Shown here: positions 18,764 to 28,957 of the stretch, one piece after another | Layout of the letters: every line of letters begins with the position of its first letter | Numbering within the stretch: position 1 is the first letter of the stretch | Source: Candidatus Latescibacterota bacterium | GTDB lineage: Bacteria > Latescibacterota > UBA2968 > GCA-2709665 | Direction of reading: 5' to 3' | DNA: 64,000 bases | Assembly: GCA_965237675.1 (NCBI GenBank) | Contig: OZ250150.1 | Coordinates: forward strand, 3,264,001 to 3,328,000 | Program-made: the position numbers and the translations under genes | The notes under the pieces: model-generated | What the model was told of the DNA's origin: nothing | Databases searched by the model: none | Seen by the model: only the letters and a program-made list of their open reading frames with translations

Positions 18764-21700
18764 ATGAGATACCTGGTGTTCGTGCTCGTGCTTGTCGGAT
18801 TGTCCGGAGGATGTGGAGAGCGGATGCCCGAACCCGGAAGCACGGCGTATCGGCAGGCGGTTGCGGATTTTTATGCTGGACTTGCCGCCATGGACGTGGG
18901 CGCGCACGACCGGGCGGCTGCCGCGCTGAGACGGGTGACGGAAACCGTTCCCGCCGAACCCGCGGGGTGGGCCAACCTGGCTTTGCTTCAGTTCACAATG
19001 GGCCGGGAGGAACCGGCGATACGGTCGCTTGAGCGAGCGCAGGGATTGGCGCCCGAAAGTGCTGAACTCGCGCTCCTGATGGGTGCATTCGAGAGCCGGC
19101 GCGGCCGTGTCGCCGAGGCGGTTTTCCATCTTCGGAGGGCGATGAGCCTCGCCGGCCCCGGGCATCTCAAGGCAGGTTACGCGCTGGCGCGCGAACTGGA
19201 ACGGCAGGGAGACACGAGGGATGCGCTTGCGGTAGTGGAGCGGATGCTCGGAGAAACCCCGCGGAATCTTGCGCTCTTGCTGGAACGGATCAGGCTGGCG
19301 GCGAAGGAGCACGATGCGGATGGCCTGAGGGTTTCGGTTGCGCGGATCGCGGAGCGGACCGGTGGGTGGCCGGAAACGGCGAGCGTCCAGTTACAGGCGC
19401 TGATGGATGCCGGATCGGATTTTCGCCTCGCGGCCACGCGCGCGGCGTTTTTACACAACGCGCTGCTGCGGGCGCCTGTCTTCCGGAGGGACCTGAATCA
19501 GGTGCGCCTTCCTGCTCAGGCGGCAGGCGAGCCATTGAGGGGGTTCCTGAAAATGCGGAGTCCGTCCGCCGATCCTGCGCCCGCGGATACGGCGCTCTCT
19601 TTCGTTTCGGACACGCTGGACTGCGCGTCGGGCGGGACGATGCTCGGCCTCGCCTGGGCGGATACCCCTGTCGTGCTGGCCGCAAAGGATGGTATCGTGC
19701 GGTGGCTGGATTCGTCGGGCCGGACCGTGCCATCGCCCGCGTCCCGGCCGGTGGGCGCGAACGGTCTGCTCTCGGTCGACTGGGACAACGACTTCAGATT
19801 GGATCTCGTGGTGGCGGGGGAGGGCGGCATTCGCCTGTTTCGGCAGCGCGAGGACGGGGTTTTCGTGGATGTCACGGGTCTGACCGGGCTCGACGGGAGC
19901 GTGACCGATACAGCGTATGCTGGCGTGTGGGCCGCGGACGTTGATATGGATGGGGATCTGGATCTGGTACTCGGGGGGCGGAATGCCTGCCCGGTTTTGC
20001 GAAACAACGGGGACGGCACATTCGGAGTCGCGCAGCCCTTTGGGGGCGTGTCCGGCATGCGCGCGTTTGAATGGACGGATCTCGACGGAGACGGGGTTCC
20101 GGATGCGGCGTTGGTGGACAACCGGGGTCGGCTGTCCGTGTATGTCAACGAGCGTAGCGGGTTGTTCCAGTTTTCGTACCAGGGTCAGGACGAGGTTCAC
20201 GCGCTTGTATCCGGAGACGTGGACGGCGATGGGAATCTGAACCTGGTGGCCTTGCGGAAGCGAGGGAAGATAGTGTCGATTTCGCATGTCGACGGACACT
20301 GGGAATACAGGGAGTTGGTTGATTGGAGTGCTGCTGAGACGCCGGTGCGTCTGTTTCTGGCCGATATGGACAATAACGGGCAGTTGGATCTGGTCGTCAG
20401 CGGCGAGGTCGAAGGAGGGTATTGGCTGGCCGATGGCGAGGGTACCTGGCGTCACAACGCCCTGCCGAACCGGGTTCGGATCTTCGAAGTCTCGGACATG
20501 ACCGGAGACGGACGCCTGGATCTGCTAGGACTTTCTACAGAGGGTCGACCACAGTTGCTGGTGAACCGGGGAAAACGCACCTACCACTGGCAGGTCGTGC
20601 GGCCCCGGGTGCGGGCGGTTCGCGGGGACGGGAGGATCAATTCATACGCGCTGGGCGGGGAGGTGTTGTTGCGGTCCGGACTTCTGGCCCAGCGTCGGGC
20701 GATTCGGACACCCGTGGTTCATTTCGGTCTGGGCGAATACGGCCTGGCGGATGTGGTGCGGGTACAGTGGCCGAATGGAACCCTACAGGCGGAGTTCGAC
20801 GTCGAGGCCGATCAGACCATTGTGGCGCAGCAGCGCCTGAAAGGGTCCTGTCCCTGGGTGTTCGCGTTCAATGGCGAAGAAATGGCCTTTGTTAAGGACT
20901 TTCTATGGCGCTCGCCGCTGGGGATGCGGATCAACGCGCAGGTGACGGCGGGGGTGTCTCAGACGGAGGACTGGATCCTGATCCAGGGGGATGACCTGGC
21001 AGCCCGGGACGGATTCTACGATATCCGGATTACGGCTGAATTGTGGGAGACCCATTTTGTGGACTGGGTGGAGTTGATGGTGGTGGACCATCCCGCGGAG
21101 GTGGCGGTGTTTGTGGACGAACGGTTTGCGAAGCGACAGCCTGAACTGAAGGTAATTCCGACGGGAACACCTGTGGCGGTTCGTGCGGCTCGGGACGAGG
21201 CGGGGCGGGATGTGACGGCGATGGTAGAAGCGAAAGACGCCCGATATCTCGACACGTTCGAGTTGGGGCGATATCAGGGCGTCGCGGTGGACCACTGGGT
21301 TGACGTCGATCTGCCGCGCGTGGCGGCCGGGGGTGGTGGATGGTTGATCGGATCCGGCTGGATCTACCCCACGGACAGTTCGATCAACGTAGCGATGGGG
21401 CATGGCGCACACGCGAAGCCCGTAGGGCTGCGTCTGGACGCGTTGCGCGGGGACGGAACGTGGGAAACCGTGTTCCCCGATCTGGGATTTCCCGCCGGAA
21501 AGTTCAAGACGATTACGATCGATCTGGCGGACGTCCGGTCCAGCCGCCTCCGGCTCCGTACGAATCTCGAAATCTACTGGGATTGGCTGGCGTGGGCGAA
21601 ATCCGCCGACGATGCACAGATGCGAACCCGTCGCGTCAAATCGAATAAGGCGGTTCTGAGGGGCCGTGGGTTCTCCGAGGTCACGCAGCCGGGCCGCCCT

Positions 21701-22120
21701 TCTCCCGACGTACCCCGGTATTCTTCCCCGCCGAGCACCGCGCCGCTGTGGTGGGACTTGACGGGCTACCATACCCGCTTCGGCGATGTACGCCCGTTGC
21801 TCGAGGATGTAGATGACCGGTATGTCATCATGAATGCAGGGGATGAGCTTCTGTTGTATTTCCCGGTGCCCGGCCCGCCACCCGAAGGGTGGGTGAGGGA
21901 TTTTGTGCTCATGGGAGACGGCTGGGTGAAAGACGGGGATTACAATACGGCGTTTTCCAAAACGGTGCTGCCGCTGCCCACGCACGGCCGGTTGTCGTAC
22001 GAAACGCCGCCGGGGCGCCTCGAGGACGATCCGGTTTACCGTCGCAATCCTGCCGATTGGCAATCATACCATATCCGGTACGTCACACCCGAGATTGCCG
22101 GGATGCATTCCGGCAGATAG
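18764..22120 (+). CDS. Lipoprotein with TPR repeats, FG-GAP beta-propeller and ASPIC/UnbV domain plus C-terminal domain
   Basis: Signal peptide with lipobox (LSGGC), TPR-like helices, many DxDxDG repeats (DWDNDFRLD, DVDMDGDLD, DLDGDG, DMDNNG), VHFGLG...VQWPNG (UnbV), KGSCP. Start reassigned from 18185 to 18764. Confidence 0.85.
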   Translation: MRYLVFVLVLVGLSGGCGERMPEPGSTAYRQAVADFYAGLAAMDVGAHDRAAAALRRVTETVPAEPAGWANLALLQFTMGREEPAIRSLERAQGLAPESAELALLMGAFESRRGRVAEAVFHLRRAMSLAGPGHLKAGYALARELERQGDTRDALAVVERMLGETPRNLALLLERIRLAAKEHDADGLRVSVARIAERTGGWPETASVQLQALMDAGSDFRLAATRAAFLHNALLRAPVFRRDLNQVRLPAQAAGEPLRGFLKMRSPSADPAPADTALSFVSDTLDCASGGTMLGLAWADTPVVLAAKDGIVRWLDSSGRTVPSPASRPVGANGLLSVDWDNDFRLDLVVAGEGGIRLFRQREDGVFVDVTGLTGLDGSVTDTAYAGVWAADVDMDGDLDLVLGGRNACPVLRNNGDGTFGVAQPFGGVSGMRAFEWTDLDGDGVPDAALVDNRGRLSVYVNERSGLFQFSYQGQDEVHALVSGDVDGDGNLNLVALRKRGKIVSISHVDGHWEYRELVDWSAAETPVRLFLADMDNNGQLDLVVSGEVEGGYWLADGEGTWRHNALPNRVRIFEVSDMTGDGRLDLLGLSTEGRPQLLVNRGKRTYHWQVVRPRVRAVRGDGRINSYALGGEVLLRSGLLAQRRAIRTPVVHFGLGEYGLADVVRVQWPNGTLQAEFDVEADQTIVAQQRLKGSCPWVFAFNGEEMAFVKDFLWRSPLGMRINAQVTAGVSQTEDWILIQGDDLAARDGFYDIRITAELWETHFVDWVELMVVDHPAEVAVFVDERFAKRQPELKVIPTGTPVAVRAARDEAGRDVTAMVEAKDARYLDTFELGRYQGVAVDHWVDVDLPRVAAGGGGWLIGSGWIYPTDSSINVAMGHGAHAKPVGLRLDALRGDGTWETVFPDLGFPAGKFKTITIDLADVRSSRLRLRTNLEIYWDWLAWAKSADDAQMRTRRVKSNKAVLRGRGFSEVTQPGRPSPDVPRYSSPPSTAPLWWDLTGYHTRFGDVRPLLEDVDDRYVIMNAGDELLLYFPVPGPPPEGWVRDFVLMGDGWVKDGDYNTAFSKTVLPLPTHGRLSYETPPGRLEDDPVYRRNPADWQSYHIRYVTPEIAGMHSGR

Positions 22121-22133
22121 GCAGGCGTCTTCC

Positions 22134-23891
22134 ATGTCACGCCGTTTTATCCAGGGCATACTGCTCGTTATCCTTTTGTTGCTTCTGGCGGTTCCCGTCG
22201 TCCGCAAATACGGTTTCCGGGCGCCGCCGGCGAAGGCGACTCACTTTGGGTTTACACTCGAGGAAGTAGCCCGTGCAAGCGGCATCGATTTCGTGCACCG
22301 CGGACCCACGTTCGACGCGAAGTTGAACCACATCATGCCCCACGTCGCCGCAATGGGCGCGGCTGTGTCGGTGTCTGATTTCGACAGAGACGGGTGGCAG
22401 GATCTTTACGTGACCAATAGTGGCGAGGGCACGGCGAATCGACTCTATCGCAATTTGGGAAACGGACAGTTCGAAGATGTGGCCGACAAGGTGGGCACGG
22501 CGAATCTGAATCGCGCCGGGACCGGGGTTTCCGTGGGCGCGGTCTGGGGGGACTACGACAACGACGGCTTCGAAGATCTGTTCGTGTACAAATGGGGTCG
22601 GCCCGAATTGTTTCGGAACGAGGGGGGGCGAAGGTTCACCCGCGTGAGCGAGCAGGCCGGATTGCCCCCGTGGATCAACGCTGGGAGCGCGGTGTGGCTG
22701 GATTACGATTGCGACGGGCGCCTGGATCTGTTCGTGGCCGGTTACTGGCCGGACGGTTTGGATCTGTGGCGCCTGGAGTCAACCCGGATGATGCCGGAGA
22801 GTTTCGAGTATGCCGAGAACGGGGGTCGGAAGTACCTGTTGCGCAATCGGGGCGATGGGCGATTCGAGGACGTGACGGATCGGATGGGAATTCATAGCCG
22901 GCGCTGGACGCTGGCCGTCGCTGCGGCGGATTTGAACCGTTCAGGGTATCCGGATCTGTTCCTGGCCAACGATTATGGCGTTTCGGAACTCTACCAGAAC
23001 CATGCCGGCGCCGCCTTTGAAGAAATCGGGAGGAAGGCGGGCGTCGGATACCAGCCGGAAAGCGGAATGAACGCCGTCTTCGGCGACGTCTTGAATCAGG
23101 GCCGCCTGGCGATCTACGAGACCAATATATCGGAGGCGGGGATCCTGCTTCAGGGGAACAACCTGTGGATCGCCAGACAGGGCGAGGGCCTGGCGTTCGA
23201 AAACCTGGCGCAGGTGATGGGTGTGGAACTGGGCGATTGGAGTTTTGGCGCACAGTTTGGAGATCTGAACAACGACGGGCGGCTGGATCTGTACCTCACG
23301 AACGGGTATGTTTCCGCCTCGGAGTCGGAAAACTATTGGTACGATTTTTCGCAGGTGGCCGGCGGACACCGGGCGATTATTTCGGATGCGAAGAACTGGC
23401 CTGCCATGAAAGGGCGCAGCCTCGCCGGTTATCAGCGCGCGCGTGTGTGGGTGAATGACGGGATGGGGCGGTTTGAAGATGTCGCCCGTGCGGTTGGCGT
23501 CAACGATCGGTTTGACGGGCGGGCGGTCGCGCTCGTGGATCTGTGGAACCGCGGTGTCCTGGATGTGGTGGTGGCCAACCAGCGTGGGCCGCTTCTGGTC
23601 TACAGGAACCGGGTGGATCCGGAACGGCAGTGGATCGGATTCGAGCTGGTCGGCGGGAAGAGCAATCGCAGCGCGATCGGCGCGCAGGTGAGGGTGTTCT
23701 GGAACGGACAGGAACAGATGCAGGAGGTCTCCGGAGGGAGTGGCTTTTCGTCACAGAATCAGAGGCGACTCCATTTCGGGCTCGGCACGGATCCGACGAT
23801 GGAGAAGGTGGTTGTGACCTGGCCTTCGGGACGGCGCCGGACCATGGAGAACGTCGCGTTGAATGTCTACCACCGCGTGGAAGAACCATAG
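22134..23891 (+). CDS. CRTAC1 family FG-GAP/ASPIC-UnbV protein
   Basis: N-terminal TM/signal, DFDRDGWQD, DYDNDG, DYDCDG, DLNNDG repeats, NRSAIGA...LHFGLG...VTWPSG. Confidence 0.9.
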   Translation: MSRRFIQGILLVILLLLLAVPVVRKYGFRAPPAKATHFGFTLEEVARASGIDFVHRGPTFDAKLNHIMPHVAAMGAAVSVSDFDRDGWQDLYVTNSGEGTANRLYRNLGNGQFEDVADKVGTANLNRAGTGVSVGAVWGDYDNDGFEDLFVYKWGRPELFRNEGGRRFTRVSEQAGLPPWINAGSAVWLDYDCDGRLDLFVAGYWPDGLDLWRLESTRMMPESFEYAENGGRKYLLRNRGDGRFEDVTDRMGIHSRRWTLAVAAADLNRSGYPDLFLANDYGVSELYQNHAGAAFEEIGRKAGVGYQPESGMNAVFGDVLNQGRLAIYETNISEAGILLQGNNLWIARQGEGLAFENLAQVMGVELGDWSFGAQFGDLNNDGRLDLYLTNGYVSASESENYWYDFSQVAGGHRAIISDAKNWPAMKGRSLAGYQRARVWVNDGMGRFEDVARAVGVNDRFDGRAVALVDLWNRGVLDVVVANQRGPLLVYRNRVDPERQWIGFELVGGKSNRSAIGAQVRVFWNGQEQMQEVSGGSGFSSQNQRRLHFGLGTDPTMEKVVVTWPSGRRRTMENVALNVYHRVEEP

Positions 23892-23899
23892 CGATACGG

Positions 23900-25870
23900 T
23901 TACCTGGCGGCGCGCTCATCCGGGTTCTTGCCAAACACGAGCAGGATCGCCGGGATCACCGATACGCCGATGAGCAGCCCGCACCACGCGGGATAGTAAA
24001 AGGTGGTACCGACGTACCCCGCGAGCGCGGCGACGCTCATTGTGGTCAGGGCGTAGGGGAGCTGCGTTCTGACGTGGTCCAGGTGGTCACAGGACGTGGC
24101 GATGCTGGACATGACGGTCGTGTCGCTGATCGGCGAACAGTGATCACCGAAAATCGCGCCGTCCAGTACGGCGGCGGCAGCGAGAATGGTGAGCGGAAGA
24201 CCGCCCAGGCTGTGCGCAAGGGGAACAGCAGTGGGGATAAGGATCGCCATGGTTGTCCACGATGTACCGATAGCGAAGGCGACCGAAGCCGCCAGAAGGA
24301 AGATGATCAGAGGCAGCAGACCGGGAACCACGAGGGGCGATAGCGCCGCCGCGAGATAGGTGGATGTGCCGATGTCCTTGCAGACAGCCTGAATAGCCCA
24401 GGCCATTATGAGGATGGCAATGGCATAGTAGATCCCCGTGATTCCCTGCGCCCAGGTTTTTACCGCCGCAAAGGGTTGGATCAGCGCGGATCCGCTGGCG
24501 GGGTGGCGCCGGGTGACGGCAATCAGCAATGCGATTGTGGAACCCAGTATGGCGGAAAAGAAAAGCACCCGCGCGTTGTCGGCATTGGAGAAACACGCTG
24601 TCCAATAAGAAAAGCTGAAGAGGGAGCTTCCCAGTCGGATCGGCCGGACTTCGGGATCGTTCCAGGTATCCGCGGCCATGCCGGCAATGACGGCAGCGAC
24701 GACGCTCAGAACGGGCACGGCCGCTGCCCACCAGGCGGGTTGAACGCCGCTGGCCGGCAGGATGTCCCTGCTCCGGTGCCCTGCCAGCGGAGTGGCGCCC
24801 GGCCGAAGCACCCGTCCCGTTGTCCCGGCCCGGCGCTCCGCGCGGTACATGGGTCCATAATCCCGTTGGAGACACGCCGACACGGCGACGAACACAAGCG
24901 TAAAGAGGCAGTAGAATCGAGCGGGAAGCGCGTAGAAGAAAAGCTGATAGCCGGATACGCCGGTGCCGAGATCCCGCATGAGGTCCCCAAAGAGTCCGAC
25001 TTCGAAACCGATCCAGGTGCTGATGACCGCTACACCCGCAACCGGGGCGGCGGTAGAATCGACGATGTACGCGAGTTTTTCGCGGGAAATGCGGAACCGA
25101 TCGGCCATGGGCCGGAGCGTGGTACCGACCACGATCGTGTTGGCGTAGTCATCGAAGAAAATCGCCAGGCCCATAAGAAATGCGGCCACCCGCGTGGATC
25201 TGGCGCTTTCCGAACGGGAGGCAAGGAGCGTTGCAATGCCCAGGTTTCCCCCGGCAAGCGAGGTTACCCGTACCATGCCGATCAGGGCCGCCGTAAAGCC
25301 GAGAATATAGAGCTGAAAGGACGATATCAGGGGGGTCCAGACGTAGTTCACCGCTGCCCGTTCGAGGGCGGCGAACGGGAGTTCGTAAAGTGGGACTTCG
25401 CCAACGGTCAGCAGGCCTCCGGAAAGTACGGCCATGCCCAGACCCAGGAGCAGGCGACCACTGAGCACGGCGACGAGAATAGCCGCAATCGGCGGAAAGA
25501 CGCTCCAGCCGTCAATGGGTTCAAGGCGGGTCTGTTGTTGTGAGCTGTATGTCGAGGCGGTCAGGATCAGTTCGCCCGATTCTTCCGTGCAGGTAAAGGT
25601 GATTTCAGGAGCGCCGGATGCGGGTGTCTTTCGCCGCTGCCTCGCCTTTTTAAAGCCCGGTTCGCAACGTGAATCCGCGGAATCGGCAAGGATCCAGACG
25701 CCATCGCCCAGCGTCTTCGCCAGCCTGGGAACTTCCGTTAGAATCTGCTGGTGGACAACGCTGTCCCGGTTCTTAGGCAACATTGCCGCGAAAAGCGCTG
25801 CCAGAGTCAGCGCAAAGAGTATCCGTACAAACGGATTCCTGATATTTATTCTGTCGGCGTATCGATCCAT
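23900..25870 (-). CDS. Na+/H+ antiporter NhaC family protein
   Basis: FFDDYAN, ISREKLAYIVDSTAAP, GTSWTT, GAIFGDHCSPISDTT, DHVRTQLPYA. Start reassigned to MDRYAD at 25870. Confidence 0.88.
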   Translation of the reverse strand: MDRYADRINIRNPFVRILFALTLAALFAAMLPKNRDSVVHQQILTEVPRLAKTLGDGVWILADSADSRCEPGFKKARQRRKTPASGAPEITFTCTEESGELILTASTYSSQQQTRLEPIDGWSVFPPIAAILVAVLSGRLLLGLGMAVLSGGLLTVGEVPLYELPFAALERAAVNYVWTPLISSFQLYILGFTAALIGMVRVTSLAGGNLGIATLLASRSESARSTRVAAFLMGLAIFFDDYANTIVVGTTLRPMADRFRISREKLAYIVDSTAAPVAGVAVISTWIGFEVGLFGDLMRDLGTGVSGYQLFFYALPARFYCLFTLVFVAVSACLQRDYGPMYRAERRAGTTGRVLRPGATPLAGHRSRDILPASGVQPAWWAAAVPVLSVVAAVIAGMAADTWNDPEVRPIRLGSSLFSFSYWTACFSNADNARVLFFSAILGSTIALLIAVTRRHPASGSALIQPFAAVKTWAQGITGIYYAIAILIMAWAIQAVCKDIGTSTYLAAALSPLVVPGLLPLIIFLLAASVAFAIGTSWTTMAILIPTAVPLAHSLGGLPLTILAAAAVLDGAIFGDHCSPISDTTVMSSIATSCDHLDHVRTQLPYALTTMSVAALAGYVGTTFYYPAWCGLLIGVSVIPAILLVFGKNPDERAAR

Positions 25871-26181
25871 AGTTCGTACTTGTTGATCGTCTGTATCAAT
25901 AGAAAGAGCCTGTGGCGGAGATGACCCGCGCCGTGTCAGAGGGATGGACTCGTACGAAAAAATGTTTCCATTCGGACGATAGAATCCTATCTTTATGGGC
26001 CACGGACCGCGCCGCCCGGGGATGGGTATGCCGGCGCCGAAAACGTGGCGCGATGCCGGGTCGCGGGGAAAGCGGGCAGGACGTCGATCCTTTGGTATAC
26101 CGTTACAAGGGATTTCGCATTCGGTAAACAGGGACAGTCCGGGGAGGTGTCGTCGCCAACCCGGGGTATTGAAAGTGTACC

Positions 26182-26973
26182 ATGCTGCATCGGACCAAAG
26201 AACGCACGTACGAAATCCTGGATAAGGCGCAGACGGGCGACCGGACAAGCCGATCGATCGACCTGTTCATTATGGGATTGATCGTCCTGAATGTCGTGGC
26301 TGTCATTCTGGAGACGGTTGAGACCATATCGGTGTCGCACCGTCGCCTCTTTGATTGGTTTGACACGTTTTCCGTCGGTGTCTTTACAATTGAATACCTG
26401 ATGCGTCTGTGGGCCTGTACCGCCGACGAGCAGTATGCCCGAAGCATCTGGGGGCGCATACGTTATATCTTTACGCCCCTGGCGCTGGTGGACCTGATTG
26501 CAATACTGCCGTTTTATCTGCCTTTGGTGACCACCGTCGACCTGCGCGTGTTGCGCGCCATGCGGTTGTTGCGGTTATTCAAGCTGGGACGGTATTCCAC
26601 CTCCTTGAAGACGCTCGGTAATGTGTTACAGAAGCATAGCGGCGAGTTGCTGGTCACCCTTTTCGTCCTGCTGATCATGCTGGTGATCGCATCGACGCTG
26701 ATGTATTTTGCGGAACACCGCGCCCAGCCCGAGGCCTTCTCCAGCATTCCATCGGCCATGTGGTGGGGCATCGTAACACTTACGACGGTGGGATACGGTG
26801 ATACGTACCCGGTAACCGGCGTCGGAAAGGTACTGGGTGCGGTGATCGCGCTTCTTGGGATCGGGATGTTCGCCCTGCCTGCCGGCATCCTGGGTTCGGG
26901 TTTCGCCGAGGAGATCGATCGGCGGAAAAAGGCTGGCGGCGTTTGTCCACACTGTGGACGCGAAATGGAATAA
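26182..26973 (+). CDS. Voltage-gated potassium channel (6-TM ion transporter)
   Basis: S4 arginine repeat LRVLRAMRLLRLFKLGRY, selectivity filter TTVGYGD, C-terminal CPHCG. Confidence 0.93.
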   Translation: MLHRTKERTYEILDKAQTGDRTSRSIDLFIMGLIVLNVVAVILETVETISVSHRRLFDWFDTFSVGVFTIEYLMRLWACTADEQYARSIWGRIRYIFTPLALVDLIAILPFYLPLVTTVDLRVLRAMRLLRLFKLGRYSTSLKTLGNVLQKHSGELLVTLFVLLIMLVIASTLMYFAEHRAQPEAFSSIPSAMWWGIVTLTTVGYGDTYPVTGVGKVLGAVIALLGIGMFALPAGILGSGFAEEIDRRKKAGGVCPHCGREME

Positions 26974-27017
26974 TGAACCCGCAATGGTTCGGGTAAAATA
27001 GCAAAGGAGCGAGCAGG

Positions 27018-27815
27018 ATGGAGATGACGATCGGATGTACGACGCGGCCGTACGGCCAACTGAGTTACAGCGAGGCGTACAGCCGGATTGCAGAGGCCGG
27101 TTACTCGGATGTGGCGGTTTTTGCCAATGAAGGCCAGGTGCCGGTGGGTCCGGAGAGTTCCGCGACAGAGGTCGCGGCCGTGCGGCATGCAGCCGAAAAC
27201 GCCGGAGTGGTTCCCTCGATGCTCATCGGCGGGACCAGGCTGGACGGGGGGCTGGCGTCGGCGGTGGACGACTACAAGCGGTTGATCGACAACGCGGCGG
27301 CCCTGGGCACCACCTGGTTGCTGGATTGCGGGATCAGCAACCAGGCGTTTTTCGATGACTATTTCGAACTGATGCGGCAGGCTGCGCCCCATGCGGATCA
27401 GGTCGGCGTGAAGATTACCATGAAACCCCACGGGGGTATCAGTCTCACGGTGTCGCACCTTCTCGCGGCCCACAAAAACGTGAACCACGCGGCGTTCGGC
27501 ATCTGTTTCGATCCCGGCAATATCATCTACTATACAAAGGGTGACCTGCGACCGGAGACAGACGTCTCGGAGGTGGCGCCCGTGGTAACGACCGGGATTA
27601 TCAAGGATTGCACGGTCATTGACGATGTTCCGGATGTGATGGTGACGCCAGGAGACGGGCTTGTGGATTTTCATTCGGTGTTGTCCGGGCTTGTCGGCGG
27701 TGGATTCGACGGGCCGTTCTACGTGGAATGCGTGGGCGGCAGGCAGCCGGACGAGGTGGACCGGGACGTGGCGTTTACACGGGGTTACGTCGAGGGAATT
27801 CTCACCGGTCTCTAG
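27018..27815 (+). CDS. Sugar phosphate isomerase/epimerase (xylose isomerase-like TIM barrel)
   Basis: KPHGG, FDPGN, IKD, PGDGLVDF, GFDGPFYVEC; RBS AAGGAG. Confidence 0.8.
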   Translation: MEMTIGCTTRPYGQLSYSEAYSRIAEAGYSDVAVFANEGQVPVGPESSATEVAAVRHAAENAGVVPSMLIGGTRLDGGLASAVDDYKRLIDNAAALGTTWLLDCGISNQAFFDDYFELMRQAAPHADQVGVKITMKPHGGISLTVSHLLAAHKNVNHAAFGICFDPGNIIYYTKGDLRPETDVSEVAPVVTTGIIKDCTVIDDVPDVMVTPGDGLVDFHSVLSGLVGGGFDGPFYVECVGGRQPDEVDRDVAFTRGYVEGILTGL

Positions 27816-27859
27816 CGTCCGCCCACTGCGCCGGGCGCGGGCCAAACGCTTACGGTCGG

Positions 27860-28243
27860 TCAGGAAAGAACCGCCGTCACTTCGATTTCAACATGGGCTC
27901 CGGCAGGGAGCGCAACCACCTGTACGCAACTGCGCCCGGGAGGGTCGTTGGAGAAATAGCCGGCATAGACGGCGTTCATTTCAGCAAATTCCGAAATATC
28001 CGTCATATACACGACCGTACGGACCACGTGGTCCATTGTGGCGCCCGCTGCCTCCAGAATCGCCTCGATGTTATCCAGCGTCTGCCGGGTTTCCGCGGCA
28101 ATGCCTCCAGTGACAATCGAGCCGGTTTTGGGGTCAATGCCCTTTTCGCCGGCAACGAAGATAAAATCGCCGGTCCTGATCGCCTGCGAATAAGGACCTA
28201 CGGGAAGGGCGGCCTTATCGGTGGTAATCACCTCTTTCTGCAT
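27860..28243 (-). CDS. ridA: RidA/YjgF/UK114 family enamine deaminase
   Basis: GPYSQA, FAEMNAVY, PPGRSCVQV..LP....VEIE. Confidence 0.92.
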   Translation of the reverse strand: MQKEVITTDKAALPVGPYSQAIRTGDFIFVAGEKGIDPKTGSIVTGGIAAETRQTLDNIEAILEAAGATMDHVVRTVVYMTDISEFAEMNAVYAGYFSNDPPGRSCVQVVALPAGAHVEIEVTAVLS

Positions 28244-28514
28244 GGCGCGAAATCTCCATTCTGAATAGCGGGATGTATTGCGTGAGCGGCGAATAGGCGG
28301 CCGCGCGCCGGGGGTTGACGGCGGTCGGTCGTTTCCATTTCGGAGTTGTCTTTGATAATGTCATGAACCGGGATTGTCAAGGAGAATTCCCCGGATGGCT
28401 CGCGCCGGTAAATCCAGTGTCCGGTTTCATCGCGCCGGCACCGCGTTCGAGTCCGGAGGGCCGGCTGCGGCAGCCGTTGCCGGTGGCCCCCGAGTGGAAT
28501 GAGAGAATGGGTCT

Positions 28515-28940
28515 ATGGGTACTGGATTTCGAGAAGTCAAGCGACTGGAATTGCCGAGTTGCGTAGAGTCGCTTCATGAGGTGGTTGACGCCGCGGCGAA
28601 GGTCACCGCCGATCTGGCGATGAGCGAGGATGCCTGCGACGAGGTGGCCATCGCGCTCACGGAAGCCGTTAACAATGCCATTTTCCACGGCAACGGGGGT
28701 GTGCGGGAAAGGTCGTTCGCCGTCGAGTTTACGGTTGTGGACGGCATGTTGCACATCGCGGTCCGGGATCAGGGGCCCGGGTTCGACCCGGCGGAGGTTC
28801 CGGACCCTCTTGCCCAGGAGAACCTGTTGAAACCCTCCGGCCGCGGTTTGCTGATGATGCGCGCCATGGTGGACGACGTCCAACACCACTTTTGCGCGGC
28901 CGGCACGAGAGTGATCCTTCGTAAACGCATTGCATCCTGA
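28515..28940 (+). CDS. Anti-sigma factor/Ser kinase, RsbW-like (HATPase_c_2)
   Basis: EAVNNAIFHGN, DQGPGFD, SGRGLLMM. Confidence 0.88.
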   Translation: MGTGFREVKRLELPSCVESLHEVVDAAAKVTADLAMSEDACDEVAIALTEAVNNAIFHGNGGVRERSFAVEFTVVDGMLHIAVRDQGPGFDPAEVPDPLAQENLLKPSGRGLLMMRAMVDDVQHHFCAAGTRVILRKRIAS

Positions 28941-28957
28941 ACAATGGAGGTCGCGCC

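Noticed and set aside
25871-26181. Possible cation-sensing riboswitch between the divergent NhaC antiporter and K+ channel
   Set aside because: I could not match c-di-AMP, nhaA-I/II or Na+ riboswitch consensus by eye; an Rfam scan is needed.
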